Of a stretch of 64,000 nt of DNA, positions 35,171-49,375 are shown in pieces (positions within the stretch are counted from its first letter, which is position 1; every line of letters starts with the position of its first letter). The DNA is taken from assembly GCF_036321535.1 (NCBI RefSeq), contig NC_087436.1, positions 71,612,001 through 71,676,000 on the forward strand, written 5' to 3'. The notes beneath the pieces are model-generated. The model saw only the letters and a program-made list of their open reading frames with translations, ran no database searches and was not told the origin of the DNA. Source of the DNA: Camelus dromedarius (lineage: Eukaryota). A program made the position numbers and the translations under genes.

Positions 35171-38100
35171 CACATTTTGGAGTTAAAACAACTTTCCAGA
35201 TTGCCTGGAAATATAATTTATTGAGTCCACACAATGTATAAAACACTTTCAGGCATTAAATACAGTGATGAGGAAGAGGGAATATTTTACAAATGTTAGC
35301 TTGTTAATGTAATTAATAGCTCAAAGGATTTGAGGACAAAAATCCTTAAAACATATCATTATCATAATGGATAGTTTATAAATAGAAGTACAGCTTATAA
35401 AAAGAGGCCACACCAAGGGCTCTGCCTCACTTAAGATCGGTGTGCACAGGACATAACAGAAATTTGACGACAGTGGCTTAACCAAACAGCCTCACATAAG
35501 AAGTGCAGGGGCGAGGGCCCAGTGGTAACCTGGCATCATCAGTGCCCCAGGATCCATTTCTTTTTCACTCCTCCACTACCACTGTGTAGCTCAGTTCCTC
35601 ATCCTTGCTATGAGATGGTCTCCTGTTGCCCATTGCCTTCAACCTCACTGCCTGCTTTCCAGGCAAGAATGAGAGGGAAGAAGGAGCAAAGGGTCAAAAT
35701 GTATCAGGTTTTGTCGATTATTTCATCAGCTGAGCATGTCATGTGGTTACCACTAACTGCAAGCAAGTCTGGGAAAGCATTTTAGCTGGAACCATGGATG
35801 CACTGAGCAAAATTTGGTTAAACACAAAGAAGAAATGAATGAATATTTCATTCAGAATCACTAGTCGTGTCAGAGTCAGAGAAGGCTGAAGCTAATAATA
35901 ATGTTTTAAAATAGATACCCTTCTTTCTTTCTAAATCATCTCCTACCTATCATACTTCTAACCTCCAAATACCTTTAACTAGCAATTTACTTTTGTCATA
36001 AACACAAAATTTCATGGAATTCCTACTACTTCCTTTGAATAGCAATGAAATAAATGTGTGAATAATTTCCATGGAATGTTTGAAATTTTCAGCTTTACCA
36101 TGTTAAGAAATGGCGGCTTGCTTCTGTTTTTATTTGAACTGTTTTTGCCAGCAAAAATAACTGTTCACATTGGCAGAAGTAGAACATTTGCCAGCATGAA
36201 AAAGTCCTGTATAGAATAGCATTTAGCATACCATAACACATATTTTCTTACTCTCACAAATCTAGTTTAAAACCTTAATTTTTTATAGCTATGGCCTCAA
36301 TACTTCAAAATTTTAACTTTTTTTCAAGTTTGTAGCACATAAAAGTACATGTGTGAGCTTACAGTGCCAAGAAAAGTTTTCTTAAAGTTATTGCATTTCT
36401 ACTTGGAATTCTGGCTTCATTTTGCACACACTATGCCGAATGCCTTCTTATACAGAACACAGAAACACATTCTTATAGTCACTAATCTTTCTGGTGATGT
36501 CTTAAATTTCTCTGACTCTCCTTGACACCCAAAGAGCACTTCTCATTCCTTTCTGCTTTTTAATTTTTTTTTTATTTTTTAGAATATTAATTCCATGTTA
36601 TCAACATTCTAATATCCATCTTCTACAAGTGGCTAGTGAAGTAGATACTGGGTACTCTCCTTTTTAACAGATCCATAGGTCTGTTAAACTCAAGATGGTT
36701 CCTAGAAACCAGATTCCCCCCAAATGTAATGAACTAAAGTACCACCTACGAAGAATCTGTTTCAGCTTACCCATAAAAGTGCATAGCTCCCAGTATCAAA
36801 CCATGGCGAAATGGTTTTTATCACATAATATGAACTAGAATGTTGTCACGTAAAGTGATAATGATAGAGACTATGTAACAACATGGGGAAATGTTTATGA
36901 TTTAATATTAAGCAGATTTCAACTTGAGGAAAATTGGAACATTAGACAAAATTAGAAGGCAATATGCAGTAATGAAAATAATTGTGGAAGGTCTACAGTG
37001 TATTTTTTTCAGTTCCTTTTTTTCTGTCCTGTCTGATTATTCTTCAATGTGCATGTATTATTTTCATAATTATAAAAAAGGGAGGTAAAAATGATTTTTA
37101 ATAAAAATCTTGTCTTCTAGCACCTTCTTTGTACTTTTTCCTATTTTTTGGTTCTTCCTTGAGATGCTCAGCAGCCTTCTCTGTCCCCAAATGCCTTCCT
37201 TGGCCACTTCCCTGAAAAAAGGGAGTTCCTATTGGCCCCCACTTCATCGCAGGCCTTTCATACATTTACAGTTTCACCATCCTGTCTGAGTCCCATTTCC
37301 ACTGGCCCTCCTTACTGGTTGGGTGCTTTTTAAGTAGCCATTTGCATTTCAACACTTGAATAACTACGGAACGTTCAGTTCCTCAGATATAAAGGATGAG
37401 GATACCTCTTCTTGGGATCACTGTTAGGACTAAAGAGAGTGACAGATATACATCACTCAAATCGTGGTGCCTGTCACAGAGTTGCCCCCATTATACAATA
37501 CCCATAGCAGTATGAATAACAGTACTAATAGTATTCCTCTCAAATGCATATATGTGCATTTAAACAAAGTTTTGGTCAAAAGAGCTTTCAAGCAAAAGGA
37601 AAGACCCATGAAAAAGTTAGCTGAACAAGAGCCAATGGTAAAGAGAGTTAAGTTCAGAAAGTGAGATTCAGAGACACAAAAAGATTATATTCTATCCTTC
37701 AACTAGCTAATGGCAGAGAAAGACAAGAACCCCAGTCTGCAGGGTTCCTGGGAGAGTGTGGTGCTCTCTACATTGGGACATCTTCGTTGGTGCTCAGTGC
37801 TTGCCTGGATGACTTAATAGCACAGCTGTCTGCTGAGAAGTCCCTTCTTTGTTTTCCTTCATTGCTATTTACCTCCATCAGACAATCCCATAGCTCCGTG
37901 GACATTTGACCACCCACAACACAAGAACAACTTCCTTTCTGCCTTTGGCTGGTAGCACATATGAATTGCTAATCCTTTCTTAAACCTCTAGGTGAACCTC
38001 AAATTCTCATGGGACTCATATTTCCACCAAAGGCAATCCCCTCGGTGGGGCTCTTTCCTGACTGTTGCTCACAAACAGTTCAGTGTGAAAAATTACAACC

Positions 38101-39092
38101 ACTCCTACCTTCATCCACTTAGTTGCCTCCGTCTATCCTTTGGCCTTAATTTTAAGGTAACATTACTATCAAGTTTTTTCCAGTCTTTTGAAACTGAGGG
38201 GGAAGGGGTGAGTTTTATTGGACACTGAGAGGAAGATTCCTATAACACCCACATAAAGAGGTAATGTGGGAAAGCCAAAGCAAGCAGAGGAATTTAAAAC
38301 CAGCTGGAATACAGCCGGGAAAGAAGTTAACACCCTAGGCTTTCCATGAACTTTTCTACTACAAGTCTTAAGCCAGGGGATCCTTCATGATCAGAAATTA
38401 TTGCAAACCTGGTTTCAAACTCACTGGAAAGATGATACAAGAAATGCCTAACAGGGAAGGTTTTACTTAGATCAATTGATTAATTAATGACCACATTTCA
38501 ACAGCTCAAGCTTACTTTGTAGATGTACATGTATGAGTAATACCCAAAACCACAAACTCAGGAGCAATAAAAGAACTTAGGTTGAAAGTTCTACTTTCAA
38601 AATTATCCTGATTTTCCTCTGAACAACTAGGGAGAAGAAAATAAAGAAATCAACAGGGAATCTCATAAATCTGTGACTCTGGAAGAAGAGGGTCAGCATT
38701 CTACTGCCAGGACAGGCGCTTTCCATGGGTCCAGTAGGAACTGCTTTCTATGATGTGCTGGGAAGTGAACCCAGAGTAGAAAGGCTCCTTTCACCTTGTG
38801 AAACTTGTCTGCTTCTCCTGCTGGCTCACCCACACGTTACCACTGTCTTTACCCATGGTGAGCTCCATTTGCCAAGCCACCTCAGGAATAGAATTATGCT
38901 TCTGATGGACTTAGCCTCCAAACAGCTCTCCAACCAGAGATGAATACCCAGGGACTCAGCTGAACTCCCAAATTTTATTGGCTTAGAGCCTGAAAAAAAC
39001 ACCAGAGAACATAGCAGAATTATCAAGGTTCTTGGTCAACTCTCTGGCTATGAGTTAGCAATTTCTTTCCCCTATAATTCTAACTTTCTCTT

Positions 39093-39575
39093 TGTTATGG
39101 GTTGAATTCTGCCTTCCCCTCCAAATTCATATGTTGAAGTTCTAACTTCCAATATCTTAGAATGTTACCTTATTTGGAAATATGGTCACTAGAGGCAATG
39201 AGTTAGGTTAAGATGAAGTCATGCTGGAGCAGGGTGGGCCCCTAATCCAATATGACTGATGCCCTTATAAAAAGGGGAAACTGGGACACTCACAGAGGGA
39301 AGAGAAGGTGAAGACACACAAAACGAGGATAGACTTCCAGTAACAGTCAGACTGGAGAGACACATCAACAAGCCAAGGAATACCAAGGATTGCTGGCAAA
39401 CAGCAGAATCTAGAAGAGGCTAGGAAGACCCTTCACCACAGATTTAAGAGACAGCATGGCCCTGCTGAAACCAGGAGTTCAGACCTGCAGCCTCTCAAAC
39501 TGTGAGACAATCAGTTTCTATGGTTTTAAGCTACCCAATTTGTAGTACTTTGTTCTGGCAACCCAAACTAATACA
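39093..39575 (+). mobile_element. MLT1B/C-like MaLR LTR
   Basis: TGTTATGGGTTGAATT...AATTCATATGTTGAAGT...GGTGGGCCCTAATCCAATATGACTG...AACTGTGAGACAAT...AAACTAATACA. Confidence 0.88.
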
Positions 39576-39649
39576 GTGTTCTGCAATCAAAATTTGCTTA
39601 ATGATCTATCAATGATTAGTTAAACAAAGAACTGGAAACGAGCTCACTT

Positions 39650-41900
39650 TGAAAAACATTTGTCACTAGTTTTAGAGTCATTCAGTGACTCAATTTCTGG
39701 GAGGAATTCCAACAAAGGATTTACCAAAACTTCTCAAATAATCATTACCTTTACCTTTCACTCTTGTTTAGATCCTTGTTTATAGTGGTAAAGCTAGATA
39801 AAACCAGGGCAAAATCAACCATAAATATTAGAAATTAAATTTATTTTTCCTCTCCCCACTGGTTATATTAAGGTATAATTTTTAAGAGTAACATCATGAC
39901 TCTTATACTAATAATAATATTAAAATATGTCAAAAATTGTTTTTAACTGATTAATAAGAGAACCAATAATACATTTAAAAACTACTTCAAAAGAGAATTC
40001 AAAAAAATTTTTAAAAGAAAAAAAAAAGATAATTCAAATAGACACATATAGAGGCCATCAGGAATCCAAAATTAATGTGTTAATAGATGCATGGAGTAAA
40101 ATCAATTGTATCTTCACTGACAAAATTTATTTGCATTTTGAACAGGAATCATCATCATTTTTCTACAACTAAGTGTTGTAAAAGAGTTCAAAGGCAAGAA
40201 AAGGCACAGACCCATAGAATCAGATAACCTAGAACGGTACATTAGGCAGATAATCTTCTATTAAAAGGAAACCAAAAAAAAAAAAAAAGAGAGAGAGAGA
40301 GACACCAAGTCTCTTCTTGCCCATTTCAAAGTCTTCCATAATATTTCCTGAACTATCCCTCACCTGTGATCATAATAATTTGAAATACTGTTCTTGATTA
40401 CAAAATAAGATTGGTCTCATCAAGTTTGGTCTGGCTATTTATAACCAGTGCTGCAAGAATGTTAACTAATTGTATTTCAACTGAGGTATCTATAAGTTTG
40501 TGAAATTCTTCTCTTTTTGATTTCCCCCAAATTTAGTAAGATTGATGACCTGAGAAGTGATCTTCCCTACCATCTGATGTCCTAGGACCCTTTAAGCCAG
40601 ATTATTAGACCAGTTTTACTGGAAGAACTGTGTAGGCTTTGGCCCTATAGTAAAGACAACCTTTGTTCCTTAAAGTGACTAGTCATGTGTAATTAAATGA
40701 GAATAGAATCATTGTCCAGTATGACACTGCAGGTAAAGCCTTGATTATACACTCAACTTGTTCATTTATATCCTGGGTAAAAAAAGACAGATTCTTACTG
40801 AACCTATGCAAATAATTATCTTGCTATGAAAAATAAGGAGAAAATTAAAGGTTTTGATCTAAGTTCAAAACAGATTAGTAGACAAACAAAAAAAAAATCA
40901 AATTCTCTATTGTCTGTCACTTAACAGTGAATGATTATCTATTGTTCCTATATAGAGATTTCCAAATAGTTAAACCATAAAATCAAACTCCCAGCCACTG
41001 TTGCCACTATAAAAGGGGGTGACTTAATGGCCTTGTTCAAATCAAAACCAAAACCAAAATACAATATCAATCGAAAAGGAAAAAAACCTAGAGAAACAGA
41101 GAGTCAGTAAAATTCACGTTCTGTTGACACTTGGGTCACTCTAGAGCCAAAATGGGACTTAATCTGCTCATGTGTGGGTTTAATCTGGTCATGAGGTACA
41201 CTCCTGCAATGCTGTCCATCTGGTTTTGTCAGGGGAATCTAGTTGATGTCTCAGTGAAACTTAAGAAACTGAAAAAGAATAATGTTTTAAGATTAAAATT
41301 ACGACCTTCAGTTAAATTTAAATGAACATGTATCAAAGAGTTTTATTTAAGTTATTAATTAATGAAAGAACCAATGAGACTTTAAAGAAGCTGGTCAATG
41401 GAGAATTCAGAGTATGAACACACAGACAATTAGGAATGCTGAAGTTAATTTACTAGAAGATGCAATGCTTGCAACCTCCATAGAACAGAATTCGTTTCTT
41501 CTTTATTGGACAAAATATATTTGCATTTCTACAAACAGAAATAATTTTCATCACCATCAGTTTTTTGCAAATTAAAAAGTTGTAAAAGAGTTCAAAGATA
41601 ATGAACTGTAAATTTAAAGAAACCAAAAAGGTGTGTTAGACACTGCCAAGTATTCCATTGAAGCTGCAAGGTTAACAGAACTGCTTAGAGTCAGGGAATC
41701 AGAAGGACCCCAGCGGTGGACAGATGCCAAAGGCTGATAGGGACTATTCTCCCATCCCCAGTTCCCATTTTTCCCCATCCTTTTGTTCTTGCCACAGGGA
41801 GATTCCAGTTCTGAGTAAGAAATCCTCTGATTTAGGACTGAGTTTCCTGCCCTTTGATGCCCAGCACACCAAGAAAATGGGTGTCAGAAATAAGGGGTAC
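39650..41900 (-). mobile_element. Decayed ERV1 internal sequence (MER4/MER34-group int-like)
   Basis: ACAGATTCTTACTGAACCTATGCAAATAATTATCTTGCTATGAAAAATAAG and AGATTGGTCTCATCAAGTTTGGTCTG resemble MER4-group internal motifs; boundaries approximate. Confidence 0.55.
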
Positions 41901-42063
41901 TAAAAATGAAGTTCAAAGATCCTTTAGCTTGTACATAAGGCAAGAGAAAACTGTAAGTGTAGGATGGTACAGACAGAGCACAGGGAACATAAGGACAAGA
42001 ATAAAGGGCCTGGTGAGGCTTTCTTGATTGTGAGTATTTGAGAAGGAAGGGGGTGGCGGGGCG

Positions 42064-42065
<2 letters not shown>

Positions 42066-42115
<50 letters not shown>
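42066..42115. repeat. (GA)n microsatellite, ~25 units
   Basis: Direct reading. Confidence 0.95.
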
Positions 42116-42118
<3 letters not shown>

Positions 42119-42569
42119 GGAGATGAAGAGGAGAAAAAGAGAGAGGGCAATTTATTACTCAGTATCTTTCTATTCCCGGGCTTAACAGTCAACAAACAGC
42201 GATTCTACATTGTTTCCCATGTGGGTGCCTGGTACATAGTCAGAATTTAGCCCAGAAGATATAGACAGATATAGACATATAATGGGGACACACAAGGAAG
42301 AAGTATGAGATCTTCAGGAGAAAATACCTACTCCAAAAATATTTTTCCAAATTTGTGGGTGAATCCTTGCTTCATAGACTGATAATTGTCAAACTTGGAG
42401 ACTTGGAAAGCAGGGTCAAATGTTATCAATCAAGAAGAGCTAATTATATCTTTGCTTCTTTCTCTTTTTCTTATTTTATTTATACTTATATATAAATAAT
42501 ACCATGCTAAATAGGCCTATGCACATAAATGTTTCCATATATTAGATAACTTTCTTATAAACAATTTCT

Positions 42570-43760
42570 AGGCAAAGTATTATCTTATATAAATCTCAGC
42601 AATGTTCTCCTAGGGCAGTCTACCCAGGCAATAGAAATAAAAGCAAAAATAAACAAATGGGACCTAATTAAACTTAGAAGCTTTTGCATAGCAAAGGAAA
42701 CCATGAGCAAAACAAAAAGACAACCTACGGAATGGGAGAAAATATTTGCAAAAGATGAGACTGACTAGGGCTTGATTTCCAGAATATGTAAACAGCTCAT
42801 ACAACTTAATAAGAAAAAAACAAATAACCCAATCTAAAAATGAGCAGAAGACCTAAACAAGCAATTCTCCAAAGAAGATATACAAATGGCCAATAGACAT
42901 ATGAAAAAATGTTCAATATTGCTAATTATCAGAGAAATGCAAATCAAAACTACAATGAGGTATCAACTCACACTAGTCAGAATGGCCATCATTCCAAAGT
43001 CCACAAATGATAAATGCTGGAGAGGGTGTGGAGAAAAGGGAACTCTTCTACCCTGTTGGTGGGAATGGAATACAGTATGGAGATTCCTCAAAAGACTAAA
43101 AGTAGACTTAGCATATGATCCAGCAATCCCACTCCTGGGCATATATCCAGAGGGAACCTTAATTCAAAAAGATACCTGTACCTCAGTGTTCATAGAAGCA
43201 CTATTCACAATAGCCAAGACATGGAAACAACCTAAATGTCCATTGACAGATGACTGGATAAAGAAGTTGTGGTATATTTATATAATGGGATACTACTTAG
43301 CCATAAAAAATAATAAAGTAATTGTCATTGGCAGCAACATGGATGGACCTGGAGAATGTCATTCTAAGTGAAGTAAGCCAGAAAGAGAAAAAAAAATACC
43401 ATATGATATCACTTATATGTGGAATCTAAAAAAAAAGACAACAAACTTATTTACAACATAGAAACAGACTCACAGACATAGAAACCAAACTTACAGCTAC
43501 CAGAGAGGGAAGAGGGGAAGAGATAAATTGGGAGTTTGAGATTTGCAGATACTAATATATATAAAATTAAACAACAAGTTTATACTGTATAGCACAGGGA
43601 ACAATATTCAATATCTTATAGTAACTTACAGTGAAAAAGAATATGAAAATGAATATATGTATGTTCATGTATGATTGAAGCATCATGCTGTACACCAGAA
43701 ATTGAGACAACATTGTAAACTGGATATACTTCAATAAATGTATGTATACAAAAAAAAAGA
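42570..43760 (+). mobile_element. 5'-truncated camelid L1 (ORF2 C-terminus with stops and deletions, 3' UTR, A tail)
   Basis: ORF 42886-43371 is L1 ORF2p-like ([13 protein letters not shown]...[11 protein letters not shown]); AATAAA near 43733. Confidence 0.9.
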
Positions 43761-45851
43761 TCCTGAAATTAGAATAACTGACCAACTCAATGAAATACAA
43801 GGAACTTTTATGTATGTTGAACCAACTAAATTTCACCAAAACTGGTTAGGAAGTTCTATTATCTCCTTTAAATGAATGAGACTCAGTTTAGTGTCCTGCC
43901 TCAGTGAAAAACAAAGCTAGGATGTGACCTGAGTCAATAACTAATCATGTCCTTTCTCACTAACTGCACTGTACTAGCTTTTTGGTTCCCTCTGTCCCCC
44001 TTTGGGAGGCCAGGGAAATGATAAATGAGTGTGGTGGGGGTAACTTCAGCCTGAAATACACCAAGGCGGTGAAGTGGTGACAGCTAGCTCTAGATGTGGA
44101 CCAGAAGTTCTAGTCTGAACTGTTCCATATCTTTGATTAATTAAGAATTAGAAACAAGTATTTTATAATAAATTATCTGTTGGTAGACACTACTGATCAA
44201 AATACAGGAGGGAGAAATAACTAAAAGAGGATCTGATGACAAAAAAAGTTTGGAGAAAATTGCCTTAAATCAATACTGAGTCACGTTGCATGCATTTTAA
44301 AGGAAATTAAAAGCTTTAACCTAGAATTGAAAAGCAAAGGATAGCATCTGTAGGGAGATTTAATAAAAGAAAAAAAAAGGTGAGGCCAAGGGGTCCCCTG
44401 CTCTGCTGGAGCCCTGAAATCATCTGAGAGAGGCCGACTCAAGCTTCTCAGCTTGTCAAAACTATTAAGATTTATTATGGAAGCTGCTTTTATTCCACAA
44501 AGACCTCTGTTTAATAGACTGTGGGTGAACCCATTACACAGGAATACCATGGCCTCATGATTCTTGTTTCCTTGTGAAAGTGTGTTTCCTGCTCTGAATC
44601 ATCCTATAATTTTCTCCACAGGCTTTCCATCTGTTTAGATCAAGTGTGAAAAAGAATTGCCTGAATCACATACTTAATTTGGTGCAATGAAAATGCATAA
44701 GGCAAGGTAGTAAGGACATGCCACAAACTTCACATTCAGGTATATAGGGGGGAAATGCAGCTTCTTCTTACTTTAAAGCTGATCTAATGGCCCATGCCAA
44801 TTAAAAGCATCTCCATCTCTTCCTCTTTAATTATTTCTTTCAGGTGAATTCTCTTTGGGGTAAGTTTTCCACCTTTTTAGAATATCTCCTCTTCCTCTCT
44901 CTCCTCTCTAATATGTTGTCTGAAAGTATGAGGGAAATAATGGTATTATATCCATCGGAGGAAAGAGGGCTTATGTTCCTCACCTGTAGGTTTTTATGCC
45001 TTTTCTTGGTACCTGAGTTTGTAACATGGCTGGATATGTTTTGGCCCCTCGGCATTTTAGGGTATCTTCTGAAATGTGCTGGTCACTCTGAGCCCTACGG
45101 AACATCATACAGACACCCACTCCTGAAGTCAGTCAATGCAGCTAATTGGCTTGTTCTCAGGAAATCCCCACAAGTTGCTGCCTCTTTATCTATCCTGAGC
45201 CCCTGTCTCCAGTCCCTTCATAAATTCATTTCATGTACGTAAATGTTTCATTCAATTCATTTCATTTAATTCATGTACATAAATTGCCTTCTTATCTTCT
45301 GCACTGTGGAACCAGGCACAGTACCTCTGGTTCATTTCTGTTTCTTTTCTTCTCTCACTATGTTAGATATGGCTCAAGCTAAAAAAGTAAGGCTTTGCAT
45401 TTGAAAAAAAAAAAAAAGACCTGCACAAATAATCCAGACATTTTGTGATTCCCCGCATACCTATCCAGATGGTTTTATGGGCTTCCATCGAGACTCAAAT
45501 CCAAAAGAGAGGATAACAAGGTTACCAGCATTTGACCAACTTGCCTTCCTTTCTCCTCTCTTCAAATATTTTATACTTTCATTACTTCCAACACACATAA
45601 TTTCATATTTTATAATTACTTATATGTATCTTCATAGATACATACAAGAAATTCTCTGGGATAAACACCCAAGAACCAGCTAGGCCATAGGGCATAGCAA
45701 CAATGAACATGCCACTTCACAGATCCACAGGAGAACATAACGGCATCTACCACTATGTATCCTGACCGACACTTTGTATGTGGAATATTTCTAATGTTTG
45801 TGTTCTGATAGCTTTAACATGGCCTCTCACTGTTGTTTTAACTTAATTTCT

Positions 45852-45990
45852 CTTTTTTTCTTTTTTTTTGAGGGGGGAGGTAATTAGGTTTGTTTGTTTG
45901 TTTATTTATTTTTGATGACAGTCCTGGGGATTGAACCCAGGACCTTGTGCATGCTAGGCACATACTCTACCACTGAGCTATACCTCCCCC
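45852..45990 (-). mobile_element. Camelid tRNA-derived SINE (Vic-1-like)
   Basis: Reverse complement GGGGGAGGTATAGCTCAGTGGTAGAG...CAAGGTCCTGGGTTCAATCCCCAG; T-tract on +; same family as 26471-26596. Confidence 0.9.
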
Positions 45991-45999
45991 TTAATTTAA

Positions 46000-47950
46000 T
46001 TTAATTTCTGATTGCAGCATTTGAGGACTCTTTTTGTATGAATTTGTAGCCATTCAGACTTCCCTCTCCACATTGCCTTTACATATTTTTAACCCATTTT
46101 TTCACTGGATTTCTTGTCTCTTTTTTTTCGTTCGTGTTGTTGATATTTTTCTATGAATATTTTTGTCTGTTAGATTTATAAGATTTAACTTTCACAATGT
46201 CTTTAATTCATGCAGAATTGCCTCTGTACAGTGTAAAGTAGGGATCCAAATTTCTCTTCAAGAGTGAACATTTTCCCAATGCAACCAAAATAATCTCTTC
46301 TTTCATTTTCTAATATGTTAATTTCTCTGTCAACTGTATAAGTTCCCAACATGTACAGTTTAATTTCTGAGTCTTTATTTTATCTCACTAATCTATTTGT
46401 CTGTTTCATAAGCAATTGTGTGGTTTTTAAACCACATAAATGTCAAGTGTTTAATATCTGATATAGTAAACTTTTTTTTTTCTTTTCTTTTCTTTTTCAA
46501 TTGTGGCTTAGCTATTCATGGACTTTTATTTTCCCAGACAAATTTTAGAAATAATTTTTCAAGTTCTTCAAAAATATAGATGGAATTTTGACTGGAATTG
46601 TATTGTATTTATAGATTCATTTGAGGAAAATTGGCATCTTTAATATAATAGATTGGCCTCTCCATTTATTCAAAACTTCTTGTATGTTTTTAATAGAGTT
46701 TTAAATATTTCTCCACAAAGATACTGGCTTTCTTTTTTAGGTTGGTTCCTAGAAATTTATTCATTTTGAGTGATATTATAAATAGCATCTTAATTCAATT
46801 ATATTTTGTAGTTGATAATTGCTGGTATAGGCTGAGCACTCAAAATCATTCATAACTGATAGTAAGAAATTTTTTTCTTTTTTAAAAAATTAATTTTATT
46901 GAAGTATAGTCAGTTTACAATGTTGTGTTAATTTCTAGTGTACAACATAGTGATTCAGTTATATATATATTTATATATATATATATATTCTTTTTCATAC
47001 TCTTTTTCTTTATAGGCTATTATAAGATATTGAACATAATTCCCTGTGCTATACAGTAGGACCTTGTTGTTTATCTATTCTATATATAGTAGATAGTATC
47101 TGCAAAAGGAAATTTTTTAAATTAAAATGAAAAAGAGCACAGTGTGAAAAATTCTGTACAATTCTTTTTCTATTCTGCTTGGCTTAAGTTTTCTTTTATC
47201 TTTTTTGTTTACAGATTCTGAATTATTTGAATTTATTTGTTATATTTCTATGATTTTAGTGGCTACCCTTATAATTTATGCATGCATAATTTGACTTAAA
47301 ATCTAAAACAATTTATCTTTCTTCTCCCTGACTAACAAAAGATCTTCAGAATTTTTCATTCTAATCACATTCTTCCTATTTTATACATTATTGTCTAGAA
47401 TTTTATTCCTACTTGTTTTTTATCTTCAAAATAATCGATATTACCTTTATTATTTTATAGTTAGTGATTATTTAGATATTCCCATGTTCACCAATTGCTT
47501 TTTGTCACATAGCTTCTTGCTTCTCGTTCCTTTGTCTAGTTTCAACATTTTTATTCCTATAAAACTTGAGTAATTGTTTTTCAATGTGAATGAGTAACTA
47601 GTAAATTCTTTCAAGATTACTGCTAAATATCTTCATTTTACATTTGCCCTTATATCATAGTTTAGTTGGATGTAGTAGACTGCCAACTCTGTTTTCTTTA
47701 AAGATACTTTATTTTCCTTTCTTCCATCCTCTGTTGTTGCCACTGAGATGTCTGTTGCCAATCTAACCTAAATTCCTATCTTTATAGATAATGGTTTATC
47801 ATCCCCATTAATTTTTTAGGTTTTCTTCTATTTTGGGGTTTCTTTTGTCTTCTTTTATTTCATCTCCATTAGTTTTTTTATTATTATTATTCTGCAGCTT
47901 AATTATGATATGCCCTAGTGTAGACTGATTGATTTTTGTCCTCCTTAGAT
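46000..47950 (-). mobile_element. Old L1M remnants
   Basis: T-rich, with TAGCTATTCATGGACTTTTATTT...AAATTTTAGAA and TGGAATTTTGACTGGAATTGTATTG, antisense L1 ORF2-like motifs. Confidence 0.6.
46870..47103 (-). mobile_element. Camelid L1 3'-end fragment inside older L1
   Basis: TTTATTGAAGTATAGTCAGTTTACAATGTTGTG...TTCCCTGTGCTATACAGTAGGACCTTGTTGTTTATCTATT is the reverse complement of the L1 3' UTRs at ~19-20 kb. Confidence 0.85.
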
Positions 47951-49175
47951 CTCACTCAGCCACTGAGCTGATTAATAACCTGCTCTACAGAGGTCCAGTT
48001 AAGACACTGAATATGAAGAGCCAGCCTAATGGATGTATCATCAAGTTATTGCAGTCTGGAATATTGTTCATTTAGACTTCACTAGCTTTCCACATTGCAA
48101 AATCATATGAATTAAGCTCAATGCTGGTGACATGCTTTTGGATTTTATCAAGGTTCAACATTACCAATATATATAACATTTTGTATTGTCTATAAATCAT
48201 AGTTGAAAACATTATGTTATAAAACTAAGATATTTTATAACAGTTCCAAATTTCTCTACCTCCACCCTCAAATATTAATCATTCTCTCCTTCCATCCTGG
48301 CTCTGAGAAACAAAAGCAACTTTTTCCCTTTCCAAGGCTCACCCTCCTTTTCTTCCACTATCTCTGACTCTTGGCCCAGTAATTATACCTTCACTCCAAG
48401 CTCATTTAAGTCTTTTCCACTCCACCCACTCCTTCCTTGCAGGTAAAGAAAACTTAAGTTTCACATTTTCTAAAAAATAAAAACGTTCTCTTAATTTTCT
48501 TGTCCCTCAAGCTAGTAACCTTTGTCTCTCTCCTAGCCAAACTTCACAAAGGAGAGAGCGCTTTCTTACACCCCCTGCTCACCAACACACAGCAACTGCA
48601 TCCCAGCTTTGCTGCAACTAAGCTTCTTTTACCACCACCCACTGAAACCTCTCCAAGCAAGAGTACGAATGACTTTCTAACCTCTAAAGCCAAAGGAGTT
48701 TTTTGGAACCAATCCTATGTGTATGCTCTAAGACTTTGGATATCTCTGCCTGATGTGTCATTATTGACTTTAGGATTAGCATTCTCTCAGAATTCTTCTC
48801 TGGCTTTTCAGATTGCGCCTCCTTGGGTCACTTTTTACACTGTACCACTACTCCTCTGGTCCCCTTTAAGTAGGGGGAGACTTATGGGGCATTCCTGGCC
48901 CTCTTCTCATACACATTTCCATGTCTTCAGCTAGTATTTATAAAGTGAAGACTCTGAAATGTCTAACTCTTGCCTCTCTCCTGAGCATCAGACCTAACTT
49001 CCAACATCATGCTTGACATCTTCAGCTGACTTCCTGACACCATTTCAAACTCACTGTGTCCAAATGTTAAGTTCTTTTCTTTTTCTTTCAAGCTTTCTCT
49101 TTTTTCTTACATTCCCTAATTTGATAATTGCCACCATCATTAACTGTTCACATTTAAAACAGAGTAATTCTAGTC

Positions 49176-49375
49176 CAGTGCTGTCCAATGGAACTTTCTT
49201 TGATGATGGAAATGTTCTGTGTCTGTGCTGTCCAATATGGTAGTACTAACCACTTGTAGCTTTAGAGGGCTTGAAATGTGGCTAGTCTGACTGAGGAAAT
49301 GAATTTTTACTGCATTTAATGTTAATTAATTTAAATTTAGATAGTAACACATGGTTGTCCTATTGGGAAGCACAG
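49176..49375. mobile_element. MER3 hAT-Charlie element
   Basis: CAGTGCTGTCCAATGGAACTTTCTTTGATGATGGAAATGTTCT...TTGAAATGTGGCTAGT...GACTGAGGAA. Confidence 0.85.

Noticed and set aside
48500..48934. 144-aa ORF
   Set aside because: Non-ATG start within pyrimidine-rich, L2-like decayed sequence; no recognisable protein.
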